Assembly: GCF_036321535.1 (NCBI RefSeq)
Contig: NC_087437.1
Coordinates: 88,290,001 to 88,354,000, forward strand
DNA from: Camelus dromedarius
Lineage: Eukaryota
Direction of reading: 5' to 3'
Length of the DNA: 64,000 bases
Shown here: positions 34,775 through 49,500 of the stretch, piece by piece
Layout of the letters: each line of letters begins with the position of its first letter
Position numbering within the stretch: the first letter of the stretch is position 1
Notes under the pieces: generated by a model
The model's input: the letters and a program-made list of their open reading frames with translations, nothing else
What the model was told of the DNA's origin: nothing
The model's database searches: none
Position numbers and translations under genes: made by a program

Positions 34775-37272
34775 AAAGATATTACTTGAGAATAAATAAA
34801 TTTGCTGAAAGCAAAGTCATGTTCAAATTTGATTTTGCATCATTTGGAATTTTCTAAAATATACAAAGTGGTTATAAATCTTTTTGTATATATTTGTAGT
34901 AAGCATAACATATATTTGCAGTAAGCAGAATCTGCTCTTGGTAATGTATTTGCTCACTTATTTTTTATTGTCCTGCTCTTATAAGTATAAGATGTGCTGT
35001 TAGTTTACATGATTGGTAAATTGTCAGGAATGAGCCAGTTCTCATTCAGGACTTGGCAAATCATCAAACTGGCAATAGGGTTTTCAGGTTTCTAAAAGCT
35101 TCAATATATTGAGGATTGACTGCTGTCCAGTGCCTCTGCAGAGGTGGAATTACAATAACCAAATGTCTGAAAAGAAACATAGGCTCCCCTGTGAAGTGAT
35201 CTTATGAGACTGCAGGACAAAAAAAGTTAGAAGGTCTTTGATGTCTTACTCTTAATCAGCAGGGGCACTAGCCTAGGATGGCTCATGCTCCTAGAAGACA
35301 GTGAACTCTCACTTGCATTTTAGGTTTTTTCCCATCTCTAGACAGCATTTATTCTGTGGGTTTTCATGTATCTACCATAATGTGGAAGAGATAAAGGGGA
35401 GTCACTAAATTCTAGGTAAGAATATTTTTATTCTAATTCCTTTCAGGAGTTTACTAACATCAATGAGCTAGTCTCATAGTCCCTCTGATTCTCAGTTACT
35501 ATGTTTATAAAATAGACCTTGTAGGCAGAGCATCAGAGCAAAAAATAAATGATACATGCCTCACTATGAATCTTTCCTATCACTTAAAACATATATGAGA
35601 CATATAATAAAACGTAAACACATAAAAGATCAGAGTAGCAATTGACACAATCATGTTACAAAAATGGAATGGTTCCTAGGAGGAAGACCCAGTTGAAATA
35701 TTAAGTAATATACAGAAGTAAAGTGTCATCAGAAAGGGATGTGTATGGCTGTAGAACAAGAGAAAAGGAGAAGATCACAGAGGCACAGTTCGTAAAGTTG
35801 CACATTTTTACAGGTGGGTGGGAGAAGTGATTTAAAGTAAATGACTCATGCCCTGTTTTCCACCCTAAATAACATGGTTTGAAAGAAGCAATTTGAGCTT
35901 AAATAAAGTGTGTATGTAGCTTTGCCCCACATTCCATAAGATGAATTGCTCTGACAGGCAACAGCAGAAATTTGGGGGTCTGATTGGATTCTGTACACTT
36001 GACCCTCTAGAAAGAAAGTACTAACAGGCCAGTATGAATGCTTGTTCTTTCATCTCATTTTTAAATCACTGACTGAAATTTGGATTTATCTGTCAATCTC
36101 AGGTTATTTTGAGTTAGCTCCAGTCAGCATCTTGAATCCCAATAATACATCAGTAAAGTGTTAAAGAAAAGATAATACCAGGCACATAGTAGGAGGTCCT
36201 TTATAAATGTTCATTGAATGAATAAATGAGTTAATTTAGTTTATCAGCTTATACGAAGGCCGTAGAATCCGACTTGCTATAAAAACATCTATATAGCATT
36301 GTTTTTTCTTAAAGAAAAACATGGTATTTTAAAGTAAGGAATTAACGACTTATAGGTCAGAATTGTTACTATGAGTATATTCTTTATTCTATTTGTCCAG
36401 CACTAAAGAAATATTTCTGACTGAACAATTTACACCTGGAGAATAATACTGAAAAAAGACATTTCTTCTAAAATAAACTTCTAGCCCATTTCCCTCTTTT
36501 TGCTCTCTTTTAAAAAAATAAACTTGTTTATCTGCCTATTTTTCTTCTACATTTTCTCATAGAAGGAAGCAAAATATGTTGACATTGAACTTTGATGCAT
36601 TACTGAATAACTCTTCACATCTAAATGTGCCCCAAGGTTTTGCTCTCACATTGTTGTATTTGTGTTTCATTTTTGATGAAAACATGATTTCAGAGAACAA
36701 AGCATTTTGTTAATAAGCTCAGAATGTCAATACATTAAAATAAGAAAAGTAATTTCTACCTATATATTATGGGGTTTTGGTAATGGGGAAAATCACAATC
36801 TAACTATGAAAGTATTAAAACAGTAAGTTGTTTATTATGTTTCTAAGTTTATCTAAGACTCCTTGAAATTTGAACTATTGCAATTCAATCAAGACACAAG
36901 ACAAAAGGAGTTAAATAAGACTATTTCATTATTTACTTGTTTTAACAAAAATAAATGAGTAAATGATCATCATATTCTGTGTTTTATGTAGCAGGCTAGG
37001 GTTTTTATTTTGCTTTCTTGACCTGAGCACCAACCAAGCTAGGCAAAAAAACATATTTAGCAGAATAATTTAAAATAATCATTCAAGAAACATTCATCTT
37101 ATACAGAGTGAATCGAAGTTGGAGCCAGGCTGGTGAATGGCCACTGTCACTTTCCCTCATCTCTTGAGCAACCAACAAACTGGAACCATGAAATGGTGGC
37201 AGGAAAGGGGTAAAGGAAGGGGGTGTTTATTAGCTGGACTTAGCTCCCTGATGATGCTGGAGAGTGGGCATC

Positions 37273-37711
37273 TGTATTATGAGGAGTAATTATATTACTT
37301 AAAAGTGATTTTATTTGATGATCAGTCTGGTGCAGACACACAACAACACCTCAGAGAGGCTATGAAACTGAAAGAGATTCATTATACTCAAGGATCCTAG
37401 AAGGGGGAGGTGCAGCATGCCACAAAGTGGGTCATATTGGAGGAGCTCCAAGCCAGCCAAGAGACAATGAGGACCCCTGGGCAAACACGCTTTACTAGGG
37501 GTCAGCGCTGACTGCAGAAGCAAAAGGAAGGGATTTCACTGGTGTGTTTGAATGTCACTAAGCCACAGTCAGGGGAGGGCAAGAAAGGGAACTTGTGGCA
37601 GGGACCAGCTGTATCACACTGTTGTACTTGGTCATCTGGATGGTGCTCACAGCCTGTTTTAGACATGCTGAGGTATCAGGAAAATATGAAATCTTAAAAA
37701 CTTACAATACA
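37273..37711 (-). mobile_element. ERVL solo LTR (MER74-like)
   Basis: Starts tgtatta and ends caataca (TG..CA inverted ends); gaggtatcaggaaaatatgaaatcttaaaaacttacaataca matches MER74 as recalled. Confidence 0.65.
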
Positions 37712-38579
37712 GGATCATATGACTAGATTCCCTAGATTTTATTCTCAGATTTTAAGAAAAGGCATCTATGCCTGTGAGAAATGGTGATTATTTCTCACCC
37801 AAAGTTGTTCTATATAGATTGAAATAGGCTATTTGAGTTTGGAAAACAGAATATTTTGCATACAGCTCTGATCATCAATTATGATTGATGGCCAAAATGT
37901 AGGATTTTTCACAATGAAAAGAATCTTCCACATATTTTAAAAATATTTCAAAAGTTAAAATAGTTGAATAAAATAAGGATTTATTGATAGGTAATTTCCT
38001 ATATAGGGCAATACAACTTTGGACCTGAGGAGGATAATTGAGACCTAGCATACATAACACTACCTCTCCTCCTTTTGCAAGTGAAGAAATTGAAGTTCAA
38101 AGAAAGGGTCTATGACTTGTTCAGTCTCACAGTAGGTAGTTATCATGCCAGGACTAGAATGAAAATTTTCTGGGTGCCTTTTTTATATAAGCTTTCTATT
38201 ATGTCTTGATTTTTTTTTTTAGTTTGAGCAAAGTAAGACGATAGTGAATTATCCTTTCATCTAGTCTTTGTATATTTACTTCAAAACGTATACCAATCTA
38301 TGATTAAGGTTTATTATTATTATTAAAATCTGAGCCTATAAAGTATTTTTCCCCCAAGAAATAATAAAACCTGAATATGTACTTCTTACAGACCCTGCCT
38401 ACAGATTAAAAAAACCACAGTAACCAAAAGTGTCTTTAATGTCCTGAATTGGGCAATATCTTATGGCATCTCAGACTTGGTAGAAGTTTTTAAAAAGTTT
38501 TATTTCTTATTTGTTTTTTGGTCTTTATCCTCAAAGAAGGAACAGACTTAGAGACATGTTCAGGATGATAAAAGGAGAT

Positions 38580-38790
38580 TGGGCACTACGTCTTTATACC
38601 ATTTTAATCCTTTAATCCTCTTAAAATTTAAAACTATTTACATAAAAATAATAGGAGTTAGGTTTATTTTTCTGTCATTTTACAAATAAGGGATATGTTA
38701 AAGAGGAGTTAAGTTACCCAAACTAAATAGCAGTTCTGGAATTCAAATCCAGATATCTGGGCTCCAGAGATTGCACTCTTAGATTCTACA
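38580..38790 (-). mobile_element. MIR SINE
   Basis: tttaatcctc...cattttacaaataaggg...gttaagttaccc...ctggaattcaaatccagatatctgggctccaga. Confidence 0.7.
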
Positions 38791-39674
38791 CTAGGTGCTG
38801 CGTGAATGGACACATAGAAAGATCAGAACTATCCTTTTAGTGATATTTTTCAATCCTCTGGATTTTATTCTAATTTTGGATTTCTTCATTGCAGACAGTG
38901 CCCATTTTAGTTAACATGGCTGTTGTGCCCCAAATCTATCTCTGCCTACTCTGAAGGCCTATTTTATCAACCTTTCTCTTCTAGAAATAAGTCCTGGGAC
39001 CCAGGATTTATCTTGTGTAGCCCTTGTGGCTCGGCATCTGCTATACATGTACACTATTTCCATAATCAACTTTCTGTTTGGATTCTAAATATTACAGTAC
39101 GAATCCTCCACTTTCCCCCTCCATATCCTTGTGCTCTTCTGCTGTGGTATCTCAGCCTTCTATCTTATATTGTTGCTACCAAACATCTACTCAAAGAAGT
39201 TTTGACCTTAGACATTTGCTGAACCCCTTGGACACTGGCTTATACTTATCTGGTTGGATTTCCACAGTTAGTCCAAACCCACCCCAAGGTCTCATTGTAT
39301 GTCCTCTGCCCTGTAGTGTTCACTATTTGGTCTTGTCTAACTTATAAATCTGGAGATATAACAGTATCCTCCCCTATTAGTTTTGATTAGAAAATACTCA
39401 GGAAGCTAAATGGTAAAAGTATGGATCTGGTTTTAAAAGGATGAAATGTAAGTGCTATGTAGTCAGATGAGATATTGAAAGAAAAAGCCAGGTTCATATT
39501 AGAACAATTAAGAAAGTCCCAAATCTGCAGCTCCAAGTCAAAGTTTGCTTTTCTGAGAGACAAGCCAAAGAGGTGTGGAGACATAATTCTTCAATTTTCT
39601 AGTGGTAGCTATTGTTTGTTGCACTTAATCTGTCAAGGACAAATCTCTGAGGGTGACATGACCAGAACTGAGCT

Positions 39675-39852
39675 CAGGAGTTCTCAGCCTGAGCTGCACT
39701 TTCAGTTCACCTTAGGTGCTTTTAAAAATACTGATGGCTGAGCCTTACTTCCACAGATACCGATTTAATTGACTTGAGATGGAACAGAGACATTGGAATT
39801 TTCTTTTAAAACTTCCTAGGTGATTCTATTATACAACTAGAGATGAGAACAT
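39675..39852. mobile_element. MER5B-like MITE
   Basis: caggagttctcagcc...aaaaatactgatggctg...gatttaattg...ctaggtgattcta...gatgagaac. Confidence 0.7.
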
Positions 39853-42439
39853 GTAATGAACCCTTGGCAAAATTACTGAAAAGAAAAGGTCCAGTGTGTT
39901 TGTTCTCCCCACCTTCCACATGCTCCTCTCTAAGCATGCCTCAGTCTGCTTGCTGGGGTCTAACAGCGCCAAGGGCCCCTTCCTATGTCTGGCCACTTTT
40001 CAATCTGAGCCTTTCTCATGAGACGGACTTGACTCTTTGCTCTTGTAAATGGCAGGAAAACTGCTTGCTGAACTAGATTTTCTAAGACATATATAGATAA
40101 TTGTGATTTAACATGATTAGTAGTACTGTAGAATATTTTTCTCTTCACCCAAAATGAGACGCCTCTTTACCGAAAACTGAGTAGATTTGGAGACAGAAGT
40201 GATTATTAGTGCTCCTCGGTTCTTATGTCATGGCTGGCTTCTTCTCTGCCTGTTTGAAAATCTGTCTTGAAAACTGGGAATGGATTGACTTATTTTTCCC
40301 AGAGGGCTCAATTGCTTCTACTGATATTAATATCTGTGAAAAAGTAGCCATATTTCCCAAGCGGTTGGCACTTCTGTGGTTGCATTTATTAGGAAGGAAT
40401 ATAAGAACAATAGCAACAATGAAACAATTCAACTATGATTTGGAAAAATACTGAATGGAAATATACTTAGTTTCTGTATAAATGTTTTTCCTTTTGTCAA
40501 AGAAAGAAAATATTTACAATCTGTAAGGCATTAGATGAATTTTTAAAGTATGTGCCACCAGATACAAGGTTTAATTTTTTGAGACCCTAAAGATGAATGT
40601 TTTAGCTATTATGTTATTCTGATCATACTTGAGAACATAACAAAACTAATTATTTTAGAATTCAATAAAGGATCTATGTTCAGAATCAGTACTATTGAAA
40701 TATCCAGGAGAAAATAAAACCTGAGGGAGGATGTTTGCTGTTTGTTTTTAAGCTAATAGAATGACTTTTGGCAAAGCTTTGGTGGTCTTAGGATGAACCT
40801 GCTATGAGTGAGTATGGGTGTGTGGCTATGGCTGTGGGGGAAGAAATTAATTTTTAAAAATATATATTATTTCAACATTAATCTCATAGGAGATAATTAT
40901 AATATTGATATTGTAGGAGATGATATTAACAAAATAGGCATTTAACTAGAAAAATTACAGTGTAGAAAAACATAACTATTAAGAATAGATGCTAAAAGAA
41001 ACAAACAGATTGCAGCTGAATGGAAAATACAAAACCTGGGAATGCAAAGACTTGGCTTAAGCTGGCTTTATGACCTTTACCAAAATGATTTCTTTGTACT
41101 CTATTCCTTTAAAAGTAGCACTGGAAGAAATCATGTGTTAAAAAATTTAAAGGTCTCTTAGGAAATAAAAAAAAATAAAAATACTTCGAAGAATTATAAT
41201 AAATTTTATAGCTTTTTTGGTTAAACAGAAACTCAAAACTAAACTACAATATATGTAGAAATCTGTTTTACTTAGTTTAAGGAATAATCAGAGATCATAG
41301 CCTTTATCTTTTTTAATTGAATAAAAAAGTAAAAGGTAAACAAATGATTTTAACTCAGAATTAGGAAAAAATTTAGCAAAATCAACCAAACATAGATGTA
41401 AGAAATTAATATAGAAGCAAAACTCATGAAACAGAATTGTAAACACTACACAATGACAAAATAACTGCCTTTCTCCCTGGTAGAATTTATGAGAATGAGT
41501 TCTTTCTCAAGAGTATCATATAGGAAAATCTCTGAAGTCTTTGATCAAAGAGTAGAGGAAAAACCCTAATATTAGGGGGGAGAAAGGAGATGTGACCCTA
41601 GATTTGTAGGAGAGTAAAAGAACAAAAGGATAACAAATGGAATAAGTCATACCATAGAAATGTTAAAAAAAAAATGGAAAGAAATGATAAGGGCAATAAC
41701 ACATATAAAAATTTATAAGACATGGCCAAAACAATAGTAAGAGGGTTACTAGTAACCTTAATACCTATGATAAGTTTCATCCTGATATAAAGAGGGGAAC
41801 ACAAACAGTTTCAAACATAAGGAAATATGCCCACAGTTAGAGAACATATTAAACAAGAACGAATCATGTACAACTTTTCACACACACACACAAAATAAAA
41901 TCTAGGAAATGAGTGAAGAACATTGGGACATCGATCAAAAGGAATGAAAGAAAATTTGAAGTTGTACCTTCATGGCCCATTTCAACTGGGGCAATAGGGT
42001 CTCTTCCCCATGTTAATAACACTGCTATTGTATGCATATTAAGAGTATGTATATTAACTATGTATTATGTATGTATATTAAGAGTATATATGTATATTAA
42101 ATTAAACTGAAATTAGAGGCTGAATTACATTTAGTTGAATTAACTCCACTTTTAGGGAAAAATTATGGAGGATTTTGGGAGGGCTTTATAATAGTGACCA
42201 AGGAAAATCATTTTAACCATATAAGAAAGGATTGGCTTGCATCGATCTCTGATAGCTCCTGGGCCCTACAGTTCTATTTCTCTGACAAGATCTCTGATCA
42301 GGTGGGCTTTGGAAATAAATTCTGTAGCTGCACAGGTATGATGTTTCACCCATTCTACTCATCAGAAGTGCTGCTTTGAAGAAAACCTCAGAAATTATGA
42401 TTGTAGAACTAGGAAATAATAAAAGTTCACTCTCCTTGT

Positions 42440-43615
42440 GTCTTAGGTAAGAAGGCCTGGGTTCAGAGAAACCTAGGTTGCGTGTTATGGATTGCTCTCT
42501 GTGCTTTCCCATCACCAGACTTTGATAATGACACTAATTATTGAAATCCCTTAAGGAATGTAGTATTGCCACTGGTTTAATATTCGTTAGCTAGAAGCAG
42601 TTCTAGTGGCCTCTACCTGACTTTTTCTACCATAATAGCCCTTTCTTCATTGGTCAAGAAGCCAACACAGGAATTCTATCAGGAACTGAATATGCCTATG
42701 GCAATTTTGCATTCTGAAACAGAGGAGATAATCACATGAGGGTTTTGAGGACACACTGGCTCACTGAACCCAAACTCCATTGATCACCTCATCCCTCTAA
42801 GTCTTTATTTTGACTTTTGGATGACAATAGTGTTTTGAGTCTCCAGGAATTAGTGTCAGTTAAGAGCCAGTGTCCAAAAAACTGAAAATGTTGATATCTC
42901 TCCAATGTGCCGTTATCCTAGAGACTGTAGGAGAATCAAAAAGGAAAATTTACAGTACAAATTTTTGGCATTGTAGAGGATATTTTCAAGAGAGCCCCTG
43001 CCTCCCTTTCATTTAAAGGACTCTGGGTCTGTGCACTGCTCCAGTCTGTGGGAACTGGGGAAGGGGCTTTGACTTTCTAGTGTGGTGATGTAAGTCAGAT
43101 TTCTGTTTACCAGACCTGGAAGTTTTCTACTTATATAAGTTAAATAAGACCATTAGATTGTTTATTTATTTCAGTTCTAGAGCTATTATGATCAATTAGT
43201 TAAAACTAAAGATCCATGCAGGTCTGAATATTCTGAAGCTGGTTCAATTCTAGAGCTTACTATGGTAACCATGTTCATCTTTTTTAGGCAATTAAGTTTG
43301 CCACTTGATTCCTGCCACTCTGGAATCTCATCATCCCTATTGAATTCAGGCAGCCTATTTTGGTAATAGCTGTTCCATTTGTCATTTCTGGTGTACAGAG
43401 AATAATGGCCACCACAGAGTTTTTCAAAAATAATGGGTTCCCCCTTACAAATGTATTTATTTCTCATAACTGTATGTAGTGAAGAGAGTTCCTCGGGACC
43501 TTTCCAGGGCATACAGTTAATGAATGGGTAAACAGGCTTTCCATGATAAATCCATTCTAACATTCTGATCTCTGTAAGCCTTTGGATAACTTCCAGTATA
43601 GCAGAGTTTCTGAAT
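42440..43615 (-). mobile_element. ERV-L internal remnant (gag-protease)
   Basis: The translation EVIQRLTEIRMLEWIYH..P..W.GPE matches ERVL gag. Downstream LDTGS*LTLIPGD is the aspartic protease DTG motif region. Confidence 0.85.
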
Positions 43616-43964
43616 GTTGACACTGTTGGTATTTTGAGTCAATAATTTCTTGTTGGGGAAATTTATTTGTAAGAGAATTCATAAGTTCTTTATACCTATA
43701 GAAGCTGTGTCCAAGGGAAACAACTAATTTTTAAATTTATATTTACATTAAAAAATAATCTCCAAAATTTTCAAATTATATTTTTGACCTCTGCTTTTTC
43801 ATGTGAAGGGATATGAGACTCCTTATGGGACTTAACCCTGCTGTAAACAACAAAGAGAACTGCAAAAATCATCTGAAACAACTGTCTTCAGACATTGGCT
43901 AACTGGAAGCACATTATCAACAATAAAATTATTAAGAATTTCAAGACAGTGGCCAGAGCAAGTC

Positions 43965-44465
43965 ACGGAAGCACCTCAAGTGACAAATGGATATATAAGA
44001 GGTGGTATATAGAAAGACAATGGAATATGACTGAGCCATAAAAGAATGCAATTTTGCCATTTGAACAATGTTGATGGACCTAGAGAACAGTATGCTTAGT
44101 GAAATAAGTCAGACAGAGAAAGACAAATATTTTATGATATCACTTATATGTGGAAAAAATAATACAAATGAATGTACTTAGCAAAATGGAACAGACTCAC
44201 ACTTAAAAAAACAAACTAGTAGTTACCAGAGGGGAGAGGGAGAGGAAGAAGGGCAAGTTAGGGTTATGGGATTAAGAGATACAAACCATTATGTATAAAA
44301 TAGATGAGCAACAAGGATATATTGTATAGTATGGGGAATTATAGCCATTACCTTGCAATAACTCTTAATGGAGTATAATCTGTAAAAATACTGAATCACT
44401 ATGTTGTGTTCCTGAAACTAATATAATATTGTAAATCAATTATACTTTAATAATTTTAAAAAATT
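43965..44465 (+). mobile_element. L1 3' end (laurasiatherian/artiodactyl type)
   Basis: gatggacctagagaacagtatgcttagtgaaataagtcagacagagaaagacaaata...cctgaaactaatataatattgtaaatcaattatact. Confidence 0.9.
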
Positions 44466-44479
44466 CTTTAACTAAAATA

Positions 44480-45470
44480 TAGTATAATAAAAATAATCTG
44501 AATAAAAATGAGCAAATATTTGAGGGACATTTCCCAAAGGCAGATAAAGATGGCCAAAAAGCACAAGAAAACTGCGTATCATTAGTTATTAAAAATGTAA
44601 ATCAAAATCTCATTGGAAATACCACTATACACCTATCAGAATGGCTGAAAATAAAAAGACTAATCACACTAAATGTTGGAGAAACTAGTATTTTATGCAT
44701 TAAAAAATAAAATAGTATGATAATTTTAGAAAAAGACTGGATAGGTTCATAATAAGTTAAATATAAACCTACCTTTTGACCCAACAATTTTACTTTTAGA
44801 TATCTATCCAAAAGAAAACCATATATCCAGAAAAAGACTTGTTTAGGAATGTTAATAGCAGTTCTATATACAGCTCAAAACTGGAAATAAATGAAACAGC
44901 TACCAACAAAGGAAAGAATAAATACATTTTTGTTGATTTATAAAATGGAATACTACTCAATAACAACAAGGAATGAACTACTGATACATACATCAACATA
45001 GATTACTCCCACAGACAAAATGCTACAGAAAAAGCCGTACACAAGAACACATACTATATAATTCCATTTATAGGAAGTCCCAGAATAGACAATAATAATC
45101 TGATTTGAAACATGTTTCTGAAGGCTAGATTGACTGGGAAGGGAGACAAGGGAAAATTTCTGGGGCAATAGAAATAGGATAGAGATGTGTTCTTTATAGG
45201 GGTATCCATTTTTCAAAACTGTACATTTAAGTTTTGTGCATTTCAATGTATGTAAATGCCACCCTCCCCCCCCCACACACACACACAATCACTGTAATCA
45301 TCATCATAAGCATCATCATCATTATCATCACTGCCATGGTGAGGAGTGGGAAGAGTGAGAGGTGAAACAGGAATGATACAACGGAGATAATTTTTGCAGT
45401 TGAGGAAAGGATACATAGGAATTTATTTTGCTATTTACTTTACTCTGTGTTTAAATTTTCTATAATAAAA
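44480..45470 (+). mobile_element. Old L1 (L1MC/MD/ME) 3' fragments
   Basis: aaatcaaaatctcattggaaataccactatacacctatcagaatggctgaaa...aatggaatactactc. Confidence 0.8.
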
Positions 45471-46524
45471 TATAAAATACATAACCAAATAACGTAAAAT
45501 CCTTAAAAGAGGGCCAAAGAAACTTGAAGTCAATCTCAATTATTAGAGAAAATATGCTTAAAGAAATAATAGGAAGATGCCAGTGTAAAACATTGATCTG
45601 AAAAATAATTTTGATTGTCTCCTTGTTTTCTCCTTTTGTCTTTAAAAATGTCAAAGAATAATTCTTTCATATACTTAAGAACTTATCCCTGAAGTATATC
45701 CCTGTTGTTTCTTAGTATAGAAATTTATCACAAAATAAAGTTTCTTTCTAAACTACTGAGTCAACAAGATATCATTCATTGTTTAAAATATAAAAGAAGT
45801 TCAGAAGTAGAATTTCCCAGAAACAAATACTCATGTTTCACAGAAACTATTAGTGCTTATGCAAAAGGCAAATTGCTAATAATTCTCTTGTAAAATATTA
45901 ATAAAGTTTAGCAATGAGGCAAACAGACTTGTCTAACTGTAATTTACTAAGAAATTTAATGATCAATAGATCTTATATTTACCAATTTTCTACAGATTGC
46001 TATTAAATGAACAGTTTTTTTTTTTTTAATTTTTAAGGCAGCTGGATCCTATCTAGTGTTTAAATTTGTTTGGAGAGTGAATTAATAATTTCTTCAAAAG
46101 AGATTAACAAATTATTACATATTATTTTGTAGCCCTCACACAAGCTAAAATCAAACTATGAAAGGTAGAAGTCAGGAGATGCAAATTTATATGAAGATTA
46201 TAATTTAATAAAACATCTTGGCAATACTCTTTGAAGAAATTGTCTTGAACATTATCATGACTTACCTAGATGATATTAATTGCTAAAGTAAGATGTAAAA
46301 CTATGTATACTTTATGATGTCAGACAGAGAAGTAATCACAAAATAAAATAAAATTAAAGTTAAATCAGTATCAGATCTTTTTGAAAAGTTTATCTCCAAA
46401 TGATGACAAAAAAATCATGCTACACTCTATACATGTTGAGATGGGTATTTCATTTTTGTTTGTCTTTTTAAGACTTACATACACATTTTTTGTACTTTTA
46501 AAATATTGTATTAGATTTTCCAAA

Positions 46525-49500
46525 GGACAAGACAAGATGGTGGAATAGGAAGATCCTGGGCTTGCCTCCTCCCACAAACATACCAAAATTATCACTACAT
46601 ATAGGGAAAAAAAACCTCTTAGAACAACCTGAAGACTAGCAGAAGAGATTTTCCACAACTAACAATAAAAAGAAAAAGTCAAATTGTGACAGGTAAAAGG
46701 AACAGAGATGTGATCTGGCCAGGACCTACACCCCTAGCACTGTGACTACAGGTGTGAAGGATATCACAGCCTCAGAAGTTCTCTTTGAGGAGCCAGTGCT
46801 TTGAAGTCCACACCCAGATCCCTGGCCCAGGGGAGACACACTGGGAAGAAGAGCCCCATAACATCTTTGAGAACAGGCAGGGCTTACATCTAGGAGAGTC
46901 CTGTAGGAAACTGAGAATCTGAACTTCAAGGACACACACAAAAACTCACTTGATCTAAGTCCTAGTGCAGAGGCAGCAGTCTGAAAAGTGCCTGGGTCAT
47001 ACATGAAGGCAATTTATTAACTATTTTTGGGGCATGTACCCAAGGGGCAGGGATCTGTTGTAACTGTCTTTTGGTACAAAGGATCTGGTGGGTGCCAGTA
47101 TTTTTGTTTGTTTTTAAATTTTGACTCATCCTCTACTTAGCTGACTTGGTGCTGGCAGATTCCATTTCTGTATCTACCCATCTAACCACATTACTAGGCC
47201 CTGCAGGACACCTTCTACACAAAGTCAGTCTTTCAAGACTGGGAGACAGGGTTGATCTACCCAGTATATAGAAACAAACACAGAGTTAAGCAAAATGAGG
47301 ACACAAAGAAATATGTTTCAAACAAAAGAACATGATAAAACCTCAGAAAAAGAACTAAATGAAATGGAGATAAGCCATCTTCCAGATAAAGAATTTAAAG
47401 TAATAGTTAAAAATATGGTCACTTAACTTAGGAGAAGAATGGAGGAACACAATGAGAATTTCAACAAAGAGATAGAAAATATTAAAAAAAAGAACCACCA
47501 TAGCTGACGAACACAATAAATAAGTAACACACCAGAGGGACAGGAGATTAGATGCCACAGAAGAATGGAGCAGCAATCTGGAAGACAGGCTAGTAGAAAT
47601 CACCCAATCAAAAGAGCAAAAAAATAAACAAACAAACAAACAAAAAATGAGGATAGTTAAAGAGACCTCTGAAACAACATCAAGCATACTAACATTTGCA
47701 TTACAGGGGGTCACCGAAGGATAAAAGAGAAAGGGATAGAAAATGTATTTGAAGAAATAGTGGCTGAAAATTCCCTATCCCAGCAAAGGAAACAGATATT
47801 GAAGTCTAGGAAGCACAGAGAGTTCCAAACAAGATGTACCCAAGGAGACCTACACCATGACACAGTAAAACTAAATGTCAAATTTAAAGATAAAGAGAGA
47901 ATCTTTAAAGCAACAAGAGAAAAAAAAGCTACTTACATATAGGGGATACCCCCATACAACTATCAGCTGACTTCCCAGCAGAACATTTACAGGCCAGAAG
48001 GGAGTGGCATACTATGTTCAAAGTACTGAAAGAAAATTCTTACAACCAAGAATACTCTATTCAGCAAGATAATCAATAAGAACTGAATGGTAAAGATAAA
48101 GAGTTTCCCAGACAAGCAAAAGCTAAAGTTGTTCATCACCACCCAACAGATCTTACAAGGAATGTTAGAGGGACTTTTTTAAACAGAAAAAAGACCATAA
48201 CTGGAAATATGAAATATTATGAAAGAAAAAAAATCTCACAGGCAGAAGTAAACATATAGTAACGGTAAAGGATCAACCATCTGCATAGCTAGTACAAAGA
48301 TTAAAAATCAAAGCTAGTAAAATCACGTATATATAAAATAATAAGTTAAGATATATACAAAATAAAAAGATGTAAAACATGGAGTCAAAAACATAAAACT
48401 TTGGTGGGGGGAGTAAAAATATAATCTTTTTGGAACATGCTCAAATGTAAGCAACTATCAACTTAAAATATACTGATCTATCCATACGTAGTATAGAAAC
48501 ACCTCATGGTAACCACAAATAAAAAAGTGATAATAGATACACAAAAAACAAAAAGAATACAAACATAACACTAAGTTAAAGTCTTTAGATCATAAAGGAA
48601 GAGACTAAGAGAAAAAGAAAGGAAGAGAAGAACAACAAAAACAATCACAAAACAATCAGTAAAATGGCAATAAGTACATAAGCATCAATAAACATGTTAA
48701 ATGTAAATGGGCTAAATGCTCCAGTCAAAAGACATAGGACGGACGAATGATTGAAAAAATAAGATCCATCTGTATACTGCATATAAGAGACTCACTTCAG
48801 ATACAAAGACACACACAGATTGAAAGTACTAAGGGGATAAGAAAACGATATTCCATACAAATGGAAACAAAAATAAAGCTGAGGTAGCAATAATTATGCC
48901 AGAGAACTTAAACTTTAAAACAAAGTCTACAAAAAGAGACAAAGAAGGGTACTACATAATAATGAAGGGATCAAACAAGAAGGCATAACACTTGTAAATA
49001 TATATGCACCCAACATAGGATCACCTAATACATAAAACGTTAAGAGAGAAATTGACAGTAATACAGTAAGAGTAGGGGACTTTAACACCACACTCTCATC
49101 AATGGATAAATTTTCCAGACAGAAAATCAATAAGGAAACAGTGACCTTAAAGGACATACTAGATCAGATAGTCTTGAGAGATATTAGATCAGACAGTCCT
49201 AAGAGATATATACAGAGAATTCCATACAAAAATAGCAGAATACACTTTCTTTTCAAGTGCACATGGAACATTCTCCAGGATATAACACATGTTAGGCCAC
49301 AAAAATATTTCAATACATTTTGTATCTATACTCTCAGGAAAGAGCAACAAAAGCAACAAAAGCAAAAAAAAAAAAAAAAACAAATTGGACAACATCAAAC
49401 TAAAAAGCTTTTGCACAGTGAAGGAAGGTATCAACCAAATGAAAATGCAACCTACTACATGAAGAAGATATTTGCAAATAATATATCTGATAAGGGGCTA

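Noticed and set aside
43192..43623. 143-aa ORF
   Set aside because: A decayed ERVL gag fragment that drifts out of frame; no sign of domestication.
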